The notes under the pieces: model-generated | What the model saw: only the letters and a program-made list of their open reading frames with translations | The model's database searches: none | Told to the model about the DNA's origin: nothing | Part shown: positions 31,100 through 41,226 of the stretch, piece by piece | Layout: each line of letters begins with the position of its first letter | Numbering within the stretch: the stretch's first letter is position 1 | Position numbers and translations under genes: made by a program | Assembly: GCA_025061115.1 (NCBI GenBank) | Contig: JANZKC010000002.1 | Location: 288,001-352,000 of the forward strand | Direction of reading: 5' to 3' | From: Candidatus Culexmicrobium cathedralense | GTDB taxonomy: Archaea; Thermoproteota; Methanomethylicia; Culexarchaeales; Culexmicrobiaceae | DNA: 64,000 nt

Positions 31100-32029
31100 T
31101 TATCTCCTCCTAACTAGTGGATCTAACATGTCTCTAAATGCGTCTCCTAGAAGGTTCCATCCGAGAACAAATGTGAATATGAATAAGCCAGGTATCGTGT
31201 ACGTATACCAGAATGCCAATGGATTTCCCGGTAAGCCCAATATCCAGTTTCTTGATAACGATATCATTGCACCCCAATCAGCATATCCAGCCGGAGAACC
31301 GAGTCCTAAGAAACTTAGCGCCGAGGCAGCTAAAACCACATTTCCAATATTCATTGAAGCCATTATGATCACTGGGTAAATTGCGTTTGGAAGGACATGT
31401 TTAGCAATGATCCTTAAATTTGAGCACCCTATTGCTCTTGCTGCCTCTATATAATCTTCATTCTTTATTCTCATGACTTCAGCTCTCATAAGCCTTGCAT
31501 AAGTTGGCCAGCCAACAATTATCATGGCTTTAATTACATTGTCGAGTCCCACACCCAATAATACTACAATTGCCATTGCAAGTACAATTGTTGGTATTGC
31601 GTAGAACATGTCCGTTATTCTCATTATTATTTCATCAATTTTACCGCCATAGTATCCGGCAATGCTTCCAATAATTATTCCAATTATTAACGTGCCAATT
31701 GTCGTCAGTATACCCGTTCTAAAGGCAGTTCTAACACCCCAAATACATCCATAATATATGTCATATTGTCCTTCAGTTGTACCCCAAATTGCCTTTTCTG
31801 ACGGAGGCGAAGGCATTGGAGAAACTCCATAGCATGGCATTATGTATGGATCTCTACCCGGCTGAGGAGGAGCTAGGACGGGAGCCAGAATAGCTATAAC
31901 AGCATAAAAAAATATTATTGACATTCCAATTATGGACAATGGACTCTGCCTTATTCTTTTAAATGTAAATTTTATCTCCATAATTAATGGTCCAAGTGAT
32001 TTCCATCTTGAAGATGATTCTTCAGCCAA
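31100..32029 (-). CDS. dppC: Peptide ABC transporter permease (DppC/OppC)
   Basis: EAARAIG loop, HVLPN, LSFLGLG, GDAFRD. Confidence 0.93.
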   Translation of the reverse strand: MAEESSSRWKSLGPLIMEIKFTFKRIRQSPLSIIGMSIIFFYAVIAILAPVLAPPQPGRDPYIMPCYGVSPMPSPPSEKAIWGTTEGQYDIYYGCIWGVRTAFRTGILTTIGTLIIGIIIGSIAGYYGGKIDEIIMRITDMFYAIPTIVLAMAIVVLLGVGLDNVIKAMIIVGWPTYARLMRAEVMRIKNEDYIEAARAIGCSNLRIIAKHVLPNAIYPVIIMASMNIGNVVLAASALSFLGLGSPAGYADWGAMISLSRNWILGLPGNPLAFWYTYTIPGLFIFTFVLGWNLLGDAFRDMLDPLVRRR

Positions 32030-32041
32030 TAGATCAACCCC

Positions 32042-33070
32042 CTAATACTTAATTCTAGGGTCTATCAATGCATACAATATGTCAACAATTAAGTTCATAA
32101 CCGCATAAACAGTGCTAGCAAACAATGCGAATCCTAATATTCCAGCCATGTCAAGGCTCGTTGCTGCTCCAGCGGCGAATCTACCTAAACCCGGATAATC
32201 AAAAACAGTTTCAGTTATAACTACGCCAGTAATTAGGTTTGCAATCATTATCCCCGCAACTGTAATCATCGGTATAAATGCATTTTTAACTGCGTGCTTC
32301 CAGATAACCATCCATTTGCTTAGTCCCTTAGCTCTTGCTGCAGTAATGTATTCTTTGCCAAGTACCTCCAACATGCTTGAGCGCATTATCCTCATTGGCA
32401 ATGCGGATGAGAGTATTGCCAAATTTAAGCTTGGAAGAATTACGTGATTCAAGGCATCCAAAGATACGTCGAGCCTTCCATTCAGTATACCGTCAATGAT
32501 GTACATTCCGGTGTACTTTTTAAAACCCGAAATGCTTAATGACAAAAATATTTGCGGACTTAATCTACCTGGCGGAAACATCCCCAATACACCGTAGAAG
32601 AATGCTAGCAGCACTATTGCAGACCAAAATGTTGGAAGGGACCATGCACTTATGGAGAAGAATCTTACGATGTGATCGATAAGAGAGTCTCTATAAACTG
32701 CTGCTAAAATTCCAAAGGTTATGCCCAATATTAACGTAAGTGGAATGGCTAGAAAAACTAGCTCTAGTGTTGCTGGGAAGTATGTCATTAATGCTTGGGA
32801 CACTGGCATATTTGCACTGATAGAGTATCCTAAGTTACCATGTAAAATGCTATTAATCCAGTATAAGTACTGAATTATTGGCGGCTCATCCAAATGATAT
32901 CTCTTAATGATTTCATTTATATTAAGCATCTCCTCCCTTGATTGAACGTAGGCCACAGCCCTTTGAGCAGGAGTAAAGCATTGCATAATCGCGAAAATAA
33001 TTAGACTTACACCAAACATTATCACAGGTAACATGAACAACCTACGAACTATATAGGCCCTCAAACGCAC
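32042..33070 (-). CDS. dppB: Peptide ABC transporter permease (DppB/OppB)
   Basis: YIVRRL, GNLGYS, PATLEL, ARAKGL, ETVF.YPGLG, DPRI; GTG start after GGAGG. Confidence 0.93.
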   Translation of the reverse strand: MRLRAYIVRRLFMLPVIMFGVSLIIFAIMQCFTPAQRAVAYVQSREEMLNINEIIKRYHLDEPPIIQYLYWINSILHGNLGYSISANMPVSQALMTYFPATLELVFLAIPLTLILGITFGILAAVYRDSLIDHIVRFFSISAWSLPTFWSAIVLLAFFYGVLGMFPPGRLSPQIFLSLSISGFKKYTGMYIIDGILNGRLDVSLDALNHVILPSLNLAILSSALPMRIMRSSMLEVLGKEYITAARAKGLSKWMVIWKHAVKNAFIPMITVAGIMIANLITGVVITETVFDYPGLGRFAAGAATSLDMAGILGFALFASTVYAVMNLIVDILYALIDPRIKY

Positions 33071-33163
33071 TTGGATCCCTCCAAGGATCCCACTCCAACT
33101 CCGTACTGAGATAGAGGATAACAGCATTTAAGCTTTAAACAATAAAAAAGATGCGGAATTTAT

Positions 33164-34978
33164 TTACCCTGACTTCTCTAAGCCATAGAAGAATGGTCCA
33201 ACGAACATTGGATTATAGTATGGATTACCCTGTACCCATGTTCTTTGATACCACCGCTCAATTACCTGAACAAGTACTATGCTTGGGCAATCCTCGAAGA
33301 CTATTTGGCAAAGCTCCTTGTATATCGCAGCTCTCTCCTCGGGATCCATCTGTCTTACTCCCTCATCAACCAGCCTATCTACCTCTGGATTGGCATAGTG
33401 CTGATATAGAGGCCATACTCCCTGGCTATGATAGAACATGAATGCATGATTGTGAGGGTCAGCCATATCAGGCTTTCTTCCATCCATTTCTATAACCCAT
33501 TGATTAGCTTGGAAGTACTGTACTGATGCTGCCAACTCCACCTCCCTTAACTCAATGTGGAATTTTGGATTCAACGCTTCTATGTCCTTCTTAATTTCCG
33601 AGAAGACCATTTGAATTTCAGGCCATCCTGCAACGTAGTATAATGTTAACTTAAAGCCCTTCTCCCAAAGCTCACCGTCGTATGCCTTCTTAAAGTAATA
33701 CTTAGCTTTCTCAGGGTCATACTCGTATTTTGGAGCATCCTCCCAATAGTATGGAAGCCCCATTAAGTTGAAGTGATTTGATGGGCGGGACCCTAAACCT
33801 AGGAAGATTTCATTGATTATATTGTCGTAGTTGAGCGCGTATGCAAATGCCTTTCTGACATCTGGGTTTGAGAAGAAGTCCGGTGGAATTCCATTGCCAT
33901 CCAGCTTCCCGCTTCCAATGAAGGGACTGTCGGCAGAAACGTTAAAGTTGAAATGAATGTACCAGATCAATGGCGTTTGCAGCTCGTAGTAAGTTACGCC
34001 TTCAAGCCCCTCTAACTCTTTATAGTGGGCTGTTGGGACTAGAATCATATCTGCATCGCCAGTTTGCAACATTAACTTCCTTGTCGACCATTCTTGAACG
34101 TACCTTATAATAACCCTCTCGATCTTCGCCGGCTCACGCCAGTAATCATCGAATCTCTTAAGAACTACTTGTACTCCCGTCTCATAAGATTCTAACATGA
34201 ATGGACCTGTACCGCACATTTCAAATCTATGTGGAAGATCTTCTCTCGATGGATCATTCCAGTTTGGCCATTCAGTATATGCATTTGGACCTTCCTTGAC
34301 AAATCCAGGCCAATCACCCTTCTCGATACACCATTTCTTATTCATTATTGAAAACCAGCTTTGACACAATGCTGCAAGTAGCGGCGGATATGGGAACTTG
34401 AGGTGCAATATTACGTGAGTTGAGTTGCTTTCTATTGCATCATCTATAGTTTTTCCCAATTCCCTAACCTGCTCTACATCACTAAAGTTTATTGCTCTCA
34501 CCGTAGGAACTCCAGTCAATGGATACGTAATCAAATATATTCTTGCACCAGCTCTATCCTGAACTATAGCTCTCTCCAATGAATACTCCACATCCTCGGG
34601 CGTCAGTATTTCCCCATTATGGAACTTTACGCCCTGCCTAATTTTGAAAACCCAAGTTAATCCATCCTCACTAACCGACCAACTCTCAGCTAACCATGGA
34701 ACATATTTGTCAGGGTGGGCGCCATCATAAAAGACCAATGTTTCATAGACATTCTGAATTATTTCTCTTGCTCCGTACCACGTTTCATATGCAGGGTCGA
34801 AACTTAATGGCTCACCTGGACGAGCATAAATTATTACGTTTGGATTCTTTATCTCTGGACCCTTCGGCATGAAATACTGATAAGCAATATACCCTGCTAT
34901 TGCTGCAATAACAATTATTACCAATATTGCAATTGCTTGCATTCCCGTTATTGCCCTTCTATTAAGTTTTAATCTCAA
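33164..34978 (-). CDS. dppA: Family 5 (DppA/OppA) substrate-binding protein with pilin-like N-terminus
   Basis: SFDPA, VYETLV, PWLAESW, GVKFHNG, GTGPF; NRRA/ITGMQAIAILVII signal; TTG start after GGTGAT. Confidence 0.9.
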   Translation of the reverse strand: MRLKLNRRAITGMQAIAILVIIVIAAIAGYIAYQYFMPKGPEIKNPNVIIYARPGEPLSFDPAYETWYGAREIIQNVYETLVFYDGAHPDKYVPWLAESWSVSEDGLTWVFKIRQGVKFHNGEILTPEDVEYSLERAIVQDRAGARIYLITYPLTGVPTVRAINFSDVEQVRELGKTIDDAIESNSTHVILHLKFPYPPLLAALCQSWFSIMNKKWCIEKGDWPGFVKEGPNAYTEWPNWNDPSREDLPHRFEMCGTGPFMLESYETGVQVVLKRFDDYWREPAKIERVIIRYVQEWSTRKLMLQTGDADMILVPTAHYKELEGLEGVTYYELQTPLIWYIHFNFNVSADSPFIGSGKLDGNGIPPDFFSNPDVRKAFAYALNYDNIINEIFLGLGSRPSNHFNLMGLPYYWEDAPKYEYDPEKAKYYFKKAYDGELWEKGFKLTLYYVAGWPEIQMVFSEIKKDIEALNPKFHIELREVELAASVQYFQANQWVIEMDGRKPDMADPHNHAFMFYHSQGVWPLYQHYANPEVDRLVDEGVRQMDPEERAAIYKELCQIVFEDCPSIVLVQVIERWYQRTWVQGNPYYNPMFVGPFFYGLEKSG

Positions 34979-35707
34979 GTAAATCACCATAGTATTGATG
35001 TTGAAATACAACTTTTAAATATTACTAAATGTTTAAAAAATGATTAAATCTATGGGACTTAAATCTCTAGGCTAATTTAAATTTCATGAAATTAAATTTT
35101 TTGAACTTTTTAATTTAAAATATGTGGAAGCAAATTTGGATTAATTTAATTTAGAGATATTTCTAAAAAATTTCTATGTATTTTTACATTAAGTAAGTAA
35201 ATAAATGCAACCCTAAGTTTGATTTGATTAATTTTTATAGAGATAATGATAAAAGTTGGAAAGATTGTGAAGATGATGATAGAATTCAAGCATTGAAAGA
35301 TGAAGGCTTTGGGACTTACAGTGCAGATTAGTTGGTTATATTTTGGTTCCGATATGTCAAAAAAGATGGCTACACTCAAGATTACCGCCCGACGTATTAA
35401 ACCTAATTATGGTGAAGACTTACGCAGACAAACCCTTGTAGTAGGTGCTTGCTGAAAATTTAACACCATATTTGACGAAAACAGTGACGGCACATGAACG
35501 TTAACTATGCTTGCTGAATCCACCATGACTTCATCATTAACCTTACAAGAGAAATCATGAAAATATAGTTCACATAAATTTAACTTCAATTTTTCGCGTG
35601 AGAAGTGATAGTTCACTGAAAGTTTGGAAATGATTAATTTAAAGACGTTCGTTAATGGTATATATACAGAGTAGAATTAAATTTATAGAAGCATTAGTTT
35701 AGGAGCC

Positions 35708-36985
35708 GTGCTGCATTTGGAGCCGCTGCTAATAATTTACATGGCTGTTGCAATAATTTACATTGGCTTTTTCGGCTTGATATTATCTCGCAAGTCAGGT
35801 ATACCTCATATACTATTTCTTGTGGTCTTTGGAGTTGCTTTAGGTCCAATTTTACACCTCATAGAGTATAAGGTTTTAGTCTCGGCAATACCAGCGGTTT
35901 CAGCTATAACTATTGCGACCGTTACGTTTTATAGCGGGATGAACATCAATGTTGAGACTCTTAAGGCGCATGGAGGTAGAGCGCTTATCCTCGCCATAAC
36001 TGGATTTACTCTAAATACTATTGGATGCGGATTATTCCTTCAACTTTACTGCAATTTTCCGCCCCCACTAGCCTACATGATGGGCGCAGCCTTTGGAGGA
36101 ACCTGCGCAGCAATAGTTGTTGCATTATCATCTTCAGGTTCACTGCCCATACGTAAAAGCACAATTACCGCAATGACGTTGGACTCCACAATCACGGACG
36201 TATTATGCATAGTCATAGCAAGCGTATTTCTCAATTCAATGCTTCTGGGCGAACTTCCAATAAATGAAGCCTTATCAAAAATTGCAGCTCAATTCTCAAC
36301 TGGAATTCTTGCAGGCTTAATCATTGGGATCATTTGGATAAAAATCATGCACATCCTAGGTCAAGAGAAATACACTTACATGCTGACGTTCGCAACGCTA
36401 CTATTAACGTATGCAACTACTGAAGTTATTGGCGGCAGTGGAGGAGTAGCATCACTAGTTTTCGGATTGACACTGGGAAACTACAAGTCAATAGCATCAA
36501 CCCTTAAAATGCAGGTAGATAAAGGAATTCTTGAAGTTTTGAGAGTAGAGGTATTTCACTTACACTCCGAAATATCATTTCTAGTTGAAGCATTCTTCTT
36601 CACATATCTAGGCTTGATCTACACCATTGGAAGCGCATTTGAAATACTAGTTGCAGCTGCAATCACGATGATAGTTCTAATCAACAGGACATTGGCTTCA
36701 TTCGTCGCCACATCAATGAGCGAAATGGCGGAAGACAGAAGCGTAATCAGCGTCACCATAGGTAAGGGCCTCGCCGCAGCGGTAATGGGTTCAATGCCGG
36801 CGCAATATAGTTTGCCCCTCTCGGACTTGGCCATAAAAATAACGTTAAATGTCATACTATTAACAAACATAATCATGGTACTGCTGTTAGCAGTAATTAC
36901 AAAATTTGTTAAAAGGCCGAAGGCTAAAGCCGCAACTAAAGAAGCCACCGAGGCTTCCCGAACAGATACTTCGAAAGAAAGTTAG
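35708..36985 (+). CDS. Cation:proton antiporter (CPA1/NhaP-like)
   Basis: About 12 TM helices; GT.AAIV, LDSTITDV, GGSG, KGLAAAV motifs. Confidence 0.85.
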   Translation: MLHLEPLLIIYMAVAIIYIGFFGLILSRKSGIPHILFLVVFGVALGPILHLIEYKVLVSAIPAVSAITIATVTFYSGMNINVETLKAHGGRALILAITGFTLNTIGCGLFLQLYCNFPPPLAYMMGAAFGGTCAAIVVALSSSGSLPIRKSTITAMTLDSTITDVLCIVIASVFLNSMLLGELPINEALSKIAAQFSTGILAGLIIGIIWIKIMHILGQEKYTYMLTFATLLLTYATTEVIGGSGGVASLVFGLTLGNYKSIASTLKMQVDKGILEVLRVEVFHLHSEISFLVEAFFFTYLGLIYTIGSAFEILVAAAITMIVLINRTLASFVATSMSEMAEDRSVISVTIGKGLAAAVMGSMPAQYSLPLSDLAIKITLNVILLTNIIMVLLLAVITKFVKRPKAKAATKEATEASRTDTSKES

Positions 36986-38342
36986 CAAAACCCCTTGAAG
37001 CATTGTAAAACTCATAAACTCCATCATTCAACATTACTTTAAACCCGCGGGAAAGCTCAGAGTAGACCAACTTGCCAAGTCTAGCTTCAAGCAGCTTTTC
37101 ACTAATAAGGTCTTTAGCCCTGCGATACTTCCTATTCACATAGACAATCCACCTATCTCCCTCAATTTTAGGACCTGCAATCGGAGAAGCATCCTTCAAA
37201 TACTTTTCAACAAAGCGAATGCTATGATCTCTAGCGTAAACTGGAGGTCCTAGGTGCTTCTTAAGGGGAGGAAGATCCGCACATTCTAATTCAAATAGAA
37301 ACACTAAGTAATGCAATTCGTCAGACCACACTGCATAGTCAATAATGCGAAAACCGTAGATTTCAAGAAGCCGCTTAATTCCATCAGCAGACTTATAGAA
37401 CTGCCCCCACAAAACATCTGGATGAGCTTTCGGACATCCGGTCAAAATGAATAAGAAATCAGTGCCGCGCTTATTAAACTCGTTTAAAACTTCATCAAAG
37501 CTTAAGGGAGTTAGCTGAGGGGGAAAAAAGAACTTCAAGTCAGGATTTTCAAGGAAAGCCCTCGAAGCAGCCATGAACTCACACATCTTCTGCAGCGATA
37601 AGGCAGCTGCAACATTCCTCCGCCTATCGACTGGATCAACAACCACCAGTGGAGCCTTAAACAAAATTAGAGGCTCAAAATTACTTGAATAGTGCCCCTC
37701 AATGTCAATGACCATTGAGTAGGGCTTCCAATCATAAGCTGCCGCCTTCAAAACGTCAATGAAAGAATTGTAGCGCATAACTAAAAGCTCGCAGAGGTAC
37801 CCCGAAAAACCTTGAACTTTAACTTCAGCACCATAAACTTCAATTCCCTTCATGAATTGCTTTAGCAGCCTCACCTCATCCCTCAAATCTTCACTTAGGT
37901 GGAGATTGATGTAATCGGTGTGAAATGGAGTTCTATCTACAGCTGACTCCGCCTCCTCTGAGCTTCTCACCGCAAAGCATGGGACCAAGTCAACTTTAAA
38001 ACCGTTTACCTCCGCCTCAATGTATGGATGCTCAGCATAGCACTCAATCCACTTATCTCCCGCAGCTTCCCTTGCTATTTGAAGGCCAATGGACTCAAGC
38101 CCTTCACGCCCAACTTCTCTCGGAAGCCTTATGAACACATCTATATCCCTATCGCCAGAAATCCAAGTGTCCTTAGCTATTGACCCTTCAACCCTAGCCT
38201 CAACTTTAACTCCAAGCCTTTCAGCAACTGCCTTTATGCGAGCCAATACGTCTGAAACAACCTTACCAACCAATTCCCTTTCAAGCGCATTGGGCCTAAC
38301 CCTTTCGAGAACAGCTCTAATCACTTCTTCAACTTTAGACAT
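36936..38342 (-). CDS. cca: Archaeal class I CCA-adding enzyme
   Basis: GSIAKDTW..DRDIDVF, YAEHPY, SAVDRTPFHT, GFSGYLCELL. Confidence 0.96.
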   Translation of the reverse strand: MSKVEEVIRAVLERVRPNALERELVGKVVSDVLARIKAVAERLGVKVEARVEGSIAKDTWISGDRDIDVFIRLPREVGREGLESIGLQIAREAAGDKWIECYAEHPYIEAEVNGFKVDLVPCFAVRSSEEAESAVDRTPFHTDYINLHLSEDLRDEVRLLKQFMKGIEVYGAEVKVQGFSGYLCELLVMRYNSFIDVLKAAAYDWKPYSMVIDIEGHYSSNFEPLILFKAPLVVVDPVDRRRNVAAALSLQKMCEFMAASRAFLENPDLKFFFPPQLTPLSFDEVLNEFNKRGTDFLFILTGCPKAHPDVLWGQFYKSADGIKRLLEIYGFRIIDYAVWSDELHYLVFLFELECADLPPLKKHLGPPVYARDHSIRFVEKYLKDASPIAGPKIEGDRWIVYVNRKYRRAKDLISEKLLEARLGKLVYSELSRGFKVMLNDGVYEFYNASRGFANFLSKYLFGKPRWLL

Positions 38343-38353
38343 AGCCCATCTAC

Positions 38354-38938
38354 CTAACTTAACTCAACCTCCCTCAACGTCGTGTATATTGGACCTCTAG
38401 GAGTCAAAATGCTCTTCTTCAATCTAATGCACTTGACCTTCATCCTCCCAAAAACGACGTCGCCATACTCTTGAAAAACGCTCAATAACCTCCCAACATT
38501 CCTCCTACCCTTAACCCTTGCAATTGTGATGTGAGCAGTAAAGCGCTGAGCTTCTGGCTTAAATCCAAGCCTCTTAAGCCCAAATTCAAGCTTCCTAAAA
38601 ATACCCTCCACATCCTCAGATCCATCACCAACACCAGCCCATATAACTCTAGGACGCACTTTGGATGGGAAAGCGCCTAACCCCCTAACCTCCATTTCGA
38701 AGGGTGAGCATGCTGCAGATTTCATAATTTTGAAAATGTCATCGATTAGGATAACTGGTATTTCGCCTAGAAAGCGTAAGGTCAAGTGAATATTCTCACG
38801 CCTAACCAACTTCAAATCCGCGCCAGTCTTCATCAATGCGCTCTGAACACCCATCAAGCCCCTAAGTATATCTTCATCCTCGACATCAATGGATATGAAA
38901 GCCCTAACTCTCTCCAATTCAATCACCGCAATTCCCAC
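38354..38938 (-). CDS. thpR: RNA 2',3'-cyclic phosphodiesterase (2H family)
   Basis: RAFI, HLTLRF and HITIAR 2H motifs, GPIY. Confidence 0.93.
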   Translation of the reverse strand: MGIAVIELERVRAFISIDVEDEDILRGLMGVQSALMKTGADLKLVRRENIHLTLRFLGEIPVILIDDIFKIMKSAACSPFEMEVRGLGAFPSKVRPRVIWAGVGDGSEDVEGIFRKLEFGLKRLGFKPEAQRFTAHITIARVKGRRNVGRLLSVFQEYGDVVFGRMKVKCIRLKKSILTPRGPIYTTLREVELS

Positions 38939-39015
38939 TCAACTAATGAATAATGCGTTACATTAAGCTTTTAAGGAATACGCATAAGCATTACCGAGTG
39001 AGGATGGCGTTGAAA

Positions 39016-39579
39016 ATGAAGAAAATTATAGGTCTAACGGGAATGCCTGGAGCAGGAAAATCAATAATTGCAAGGGTTGCAAAGAAAATCGGCATACCAG
39101 TAGTGGTGATGGGCGACGTGATAAGGGAGGAAGCAGCTCGAAGGGGACTTGCAGCAACACCAGAAAATCTCGGCAAACTAATGATAACCCTCAGAAAAAC
39201 AAATGGCCCAGGTGTAGTTGCCAGAAAATGCTTCCCAAAAATTGATAGCTTAGGAAGAAATACGGTGCTAGTAGATGGAGTGAGAAGCCTAGCTGAAATC
39301 GAGGAATTCAAGAAGAAGTACGGCAAAGTAGTCATTTTAGCAGTACATGCATCTCCCCAAACCAGATTTAAAAGGCTAAAGGCGAGGGGTAGGCCCGACG
39401 ACCCAAAGGACTGGGGGACATTTATGGAGAGAGATCTAAGGGAACTCAAAGTTGGAATTGGAAGCGTTATAGCTCTAGCGGACTACATACTTATAAATGA
39501 AGGATCAAAGAGAGAACTCGAAGTAAACGCGGAAAAAATACTAAAAAGGCTGGTCGAAAATGATCAAGGTAATCGTTGA
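39016..39579 (+). CDS. UPF0200 P-loop kinase (dephospho-CoA kinase-like)
   Basis: GMPGAGKS, MGDVIR, VDGVRS, RGRPDD, RD.REL..G. Confidence 0.85.
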   Translation: MKKIIGLTGMPGAGKSIIARVAKKIGIPVVVMGDVIREEAARRGLAATPENLGKLMITLRKTNGPGVVARKCFPKIDSLGRNTVLVDGVRSLAEIEEFKKKYGKVVILAVHASPQTRFKRLKARGRPDDPKDWGTFMERDLRELKVGIGSVIALADYILINEGSKRELEVNAEKILKRLVENDQGNR

Positions 39580-39991
39580 AGCTGAAGTGAAGCCAACTGA
39601 AGATGAAAACAAGGTAAAGCAGGCAATATTAAACCTTGTAACTCCAAATAAAGTAAGGCTCGAAGAGAGATTTGGCAGGAAATTCCTAGTAGCTGAAGCC
39701 GAGGGAGCCGAAAGCCTACTAAAGCTACACTCACTATTAAGGCGAGAGCAAATTTTGGACGCTGCCAGGAAAATGATGAAGAAGTGGTCAACCCAGGACA
39801 AAGTGATATTCTTCCTTAACAAGCAAGTTGCATACGTTGGACACCTATCATTCTGCATGCCAGAAAGAGAATCGCCGCTTGGCCCCATAAGATTCGAAAT
39901 AACATGTAAAAACGCCAAGGACGTCATAGACTGGCTCGCGCCCCCAACAAGTCGAGGAAAGCCACTATTCGAAAGAGAGCCACCGAATTAG
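39560..39991 (+). CDS. UPF0201/DUF54 putative RNA-binding protein
   Basis: PTED..KV..A, ILDAAR, LNKQ.AY.G, SPLGPI. Confidence 0.85.
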   Translation: MIKVIVEAEVKPTEDENKVKQAILNLVTPNKVRLEERFGRKFLVAEAEGAESLLKLHSLLRREQILDAARKMMKKWSTQDKVIFFLNKQVAYVGHLSFCMPERESPLGPIRFEITCKNAKDVIDWLAPPTSRGKPLFEREPPN

Positions 39992-41226
39992 CAGGACAAA
40001 AATCGCGTCAAGTCAGAGCATTTGGGGCGCATAGACCTATAATCCCTATACCTCAAAGCCGAGGCCTTCATCAAGGCTCTTTGACCACAAATCGGCACCT
40101 GCAAGCCCTTAGCGCAAAGCAAGCAAGCGCCATTACACCCTTTAAGCGGCTTAAAATTCTCATCCAACCTACTTCTCCAATAAATTGGAGTGTCAAGCCC
40201 CTCACAGCTTGTTGAAGACATGAAAAGCTCGTTTAACCCCCTATAAAAAACCTCTCCATTCAACTCGACCTCCTCGAATTCCATGCAGAGAGCCATTGTA
40301 ACTCCAACTTCATCACAAATTCTCCTAGCAACCTTGAAAACTCCTTTCCTATACTCAACATCGCCATCCTGAGAGTACCTATAAACCCTGCGCCACACTT
40401 CAAATGCGTCAGGAAAATGCTCCTTAACCAAGCTGAGAAGCCTCCTTCTCCTCAACTCCCCAGGCCTGCCAATATCGCATAAACTGAAAATTATGTGCTT
40501 AGCACCCTCAGCCTTCGCTCTCTCCACAAGACTCCTAATTGAACGCTCATCATCAGTAATGCCTGGAAAGAGGGGGTCCATTCTAACCACAGTGAAAATC
40601 CCTCTATCGGCGCATCGCCTAACAGCCTTAAATTGCTCCTCAACGCTAGCACCGCCCGGAGCAAACAACCGGTTAACCTCCTCATCCACACTTAAAATGG
40701 TAAATTGAGCAATGCAATGCCCATAAGGGTGCTCCGCCATCCTATCTAAAAGCTTAATTGGTATGTTATCTCCCCGCTTAGTTATGAAGTCAACCGGCAA
40801 ATCCAAGTCGAGAAAAACATACGCGGATTTTTCGCTCAAGTGATAGTGATTTTCAAGGGGATGCTGGAATGGCTCGGAAGACGGGCTAAGGTAAGCGCAA
40901 GAAGCCCAGTAAAGCTTGCTCAACTCATCCTTCAACTTTAAATCAAAATTCTCAAAAACAGCAATCACTCCAGCTTCATCCCAAAGCGAAAAGTACCCGC
41001 CGAAAGACCTTGCGTAGCACATGGGGCAATTAACCGTACAGCCATTATACGGATTCAAAAGTATCCTCTCGGAAGTGCACTCCCTCCTCCCTCCATTCTC
41101 AAAGCCGTAAAACCAGCCATGGATAACCTCCTTCCTCGTTGGAACGACTATGTGCGGAATTGGATAAGGCATGACTTCAAATTCCTTAACGCGCCCACCA
41201 AATTGAACAAAAACTTTACGTGGCAA
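39988..41226 (-). CDS. Radical SAM protein (SplB/Rv2578c-like)
   Basis: LNPYNGCTVNCPMCYAR CxxxCxxC, ITK, RMDPLFPGITD; extra C-terminal Cys cluster. Confidence 0.85.
   Translation of the reverse strand: MPRKVFVQFGGRVKEFEVMPYPIPHIVVPTRKEVIHGWFYGFENGGRRECTSERILLNPYNGCTVNCPMCYARSFGGYFSLWDEAGVIAVFENFDLKLKDELSKLYWASCAYLSPSSEPFQHPLENHYHLSEKSAYVFLDLDLPVDFITKRGDNIPIKLLDRMAEHPYGHCIAQFTILSVDEEVNRLFAPGGASVEEQFKAVRRCADRGIFTVVRMDPLFPGITDDERSIRSLVERAKAEGAKHIIFSLCDIGRPGELRRRRLLSLVKEHFPDAFEVWRRVYRYSQDGDVEYRKGVFKVARRICDEVGVTMALCMEFEEVELNGEVFYRGLNELFMSSTSCEGLDTPIYWRSRLDENFKPLKGCNGACLLCAKGLQVPICGQRALMKASALRYRDYRSMRPKCSDLTRFLSC

Noticed and set aside
35244-35296. Possible second C/D sRNA (ATGATAA..GTGA..ATGATGA..TTGA)
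   Set aside because: Three of four boxes are degenerate, guides are AT-rich, there is no terminal stem, and the region is AT-rich filler.
35146-35616. Short ORFs or transposase remnants in the long intergenic region
   Set aside because: No recognisable motifs, terminal repeats or SD; cannot be supported without a search.
26911-35700. Integrative element or provirus at tRNA-Pro
   Set aside because: No integrase, no attR copy of the tRNA 3' end and no viral genes; kept only as a compositional island.
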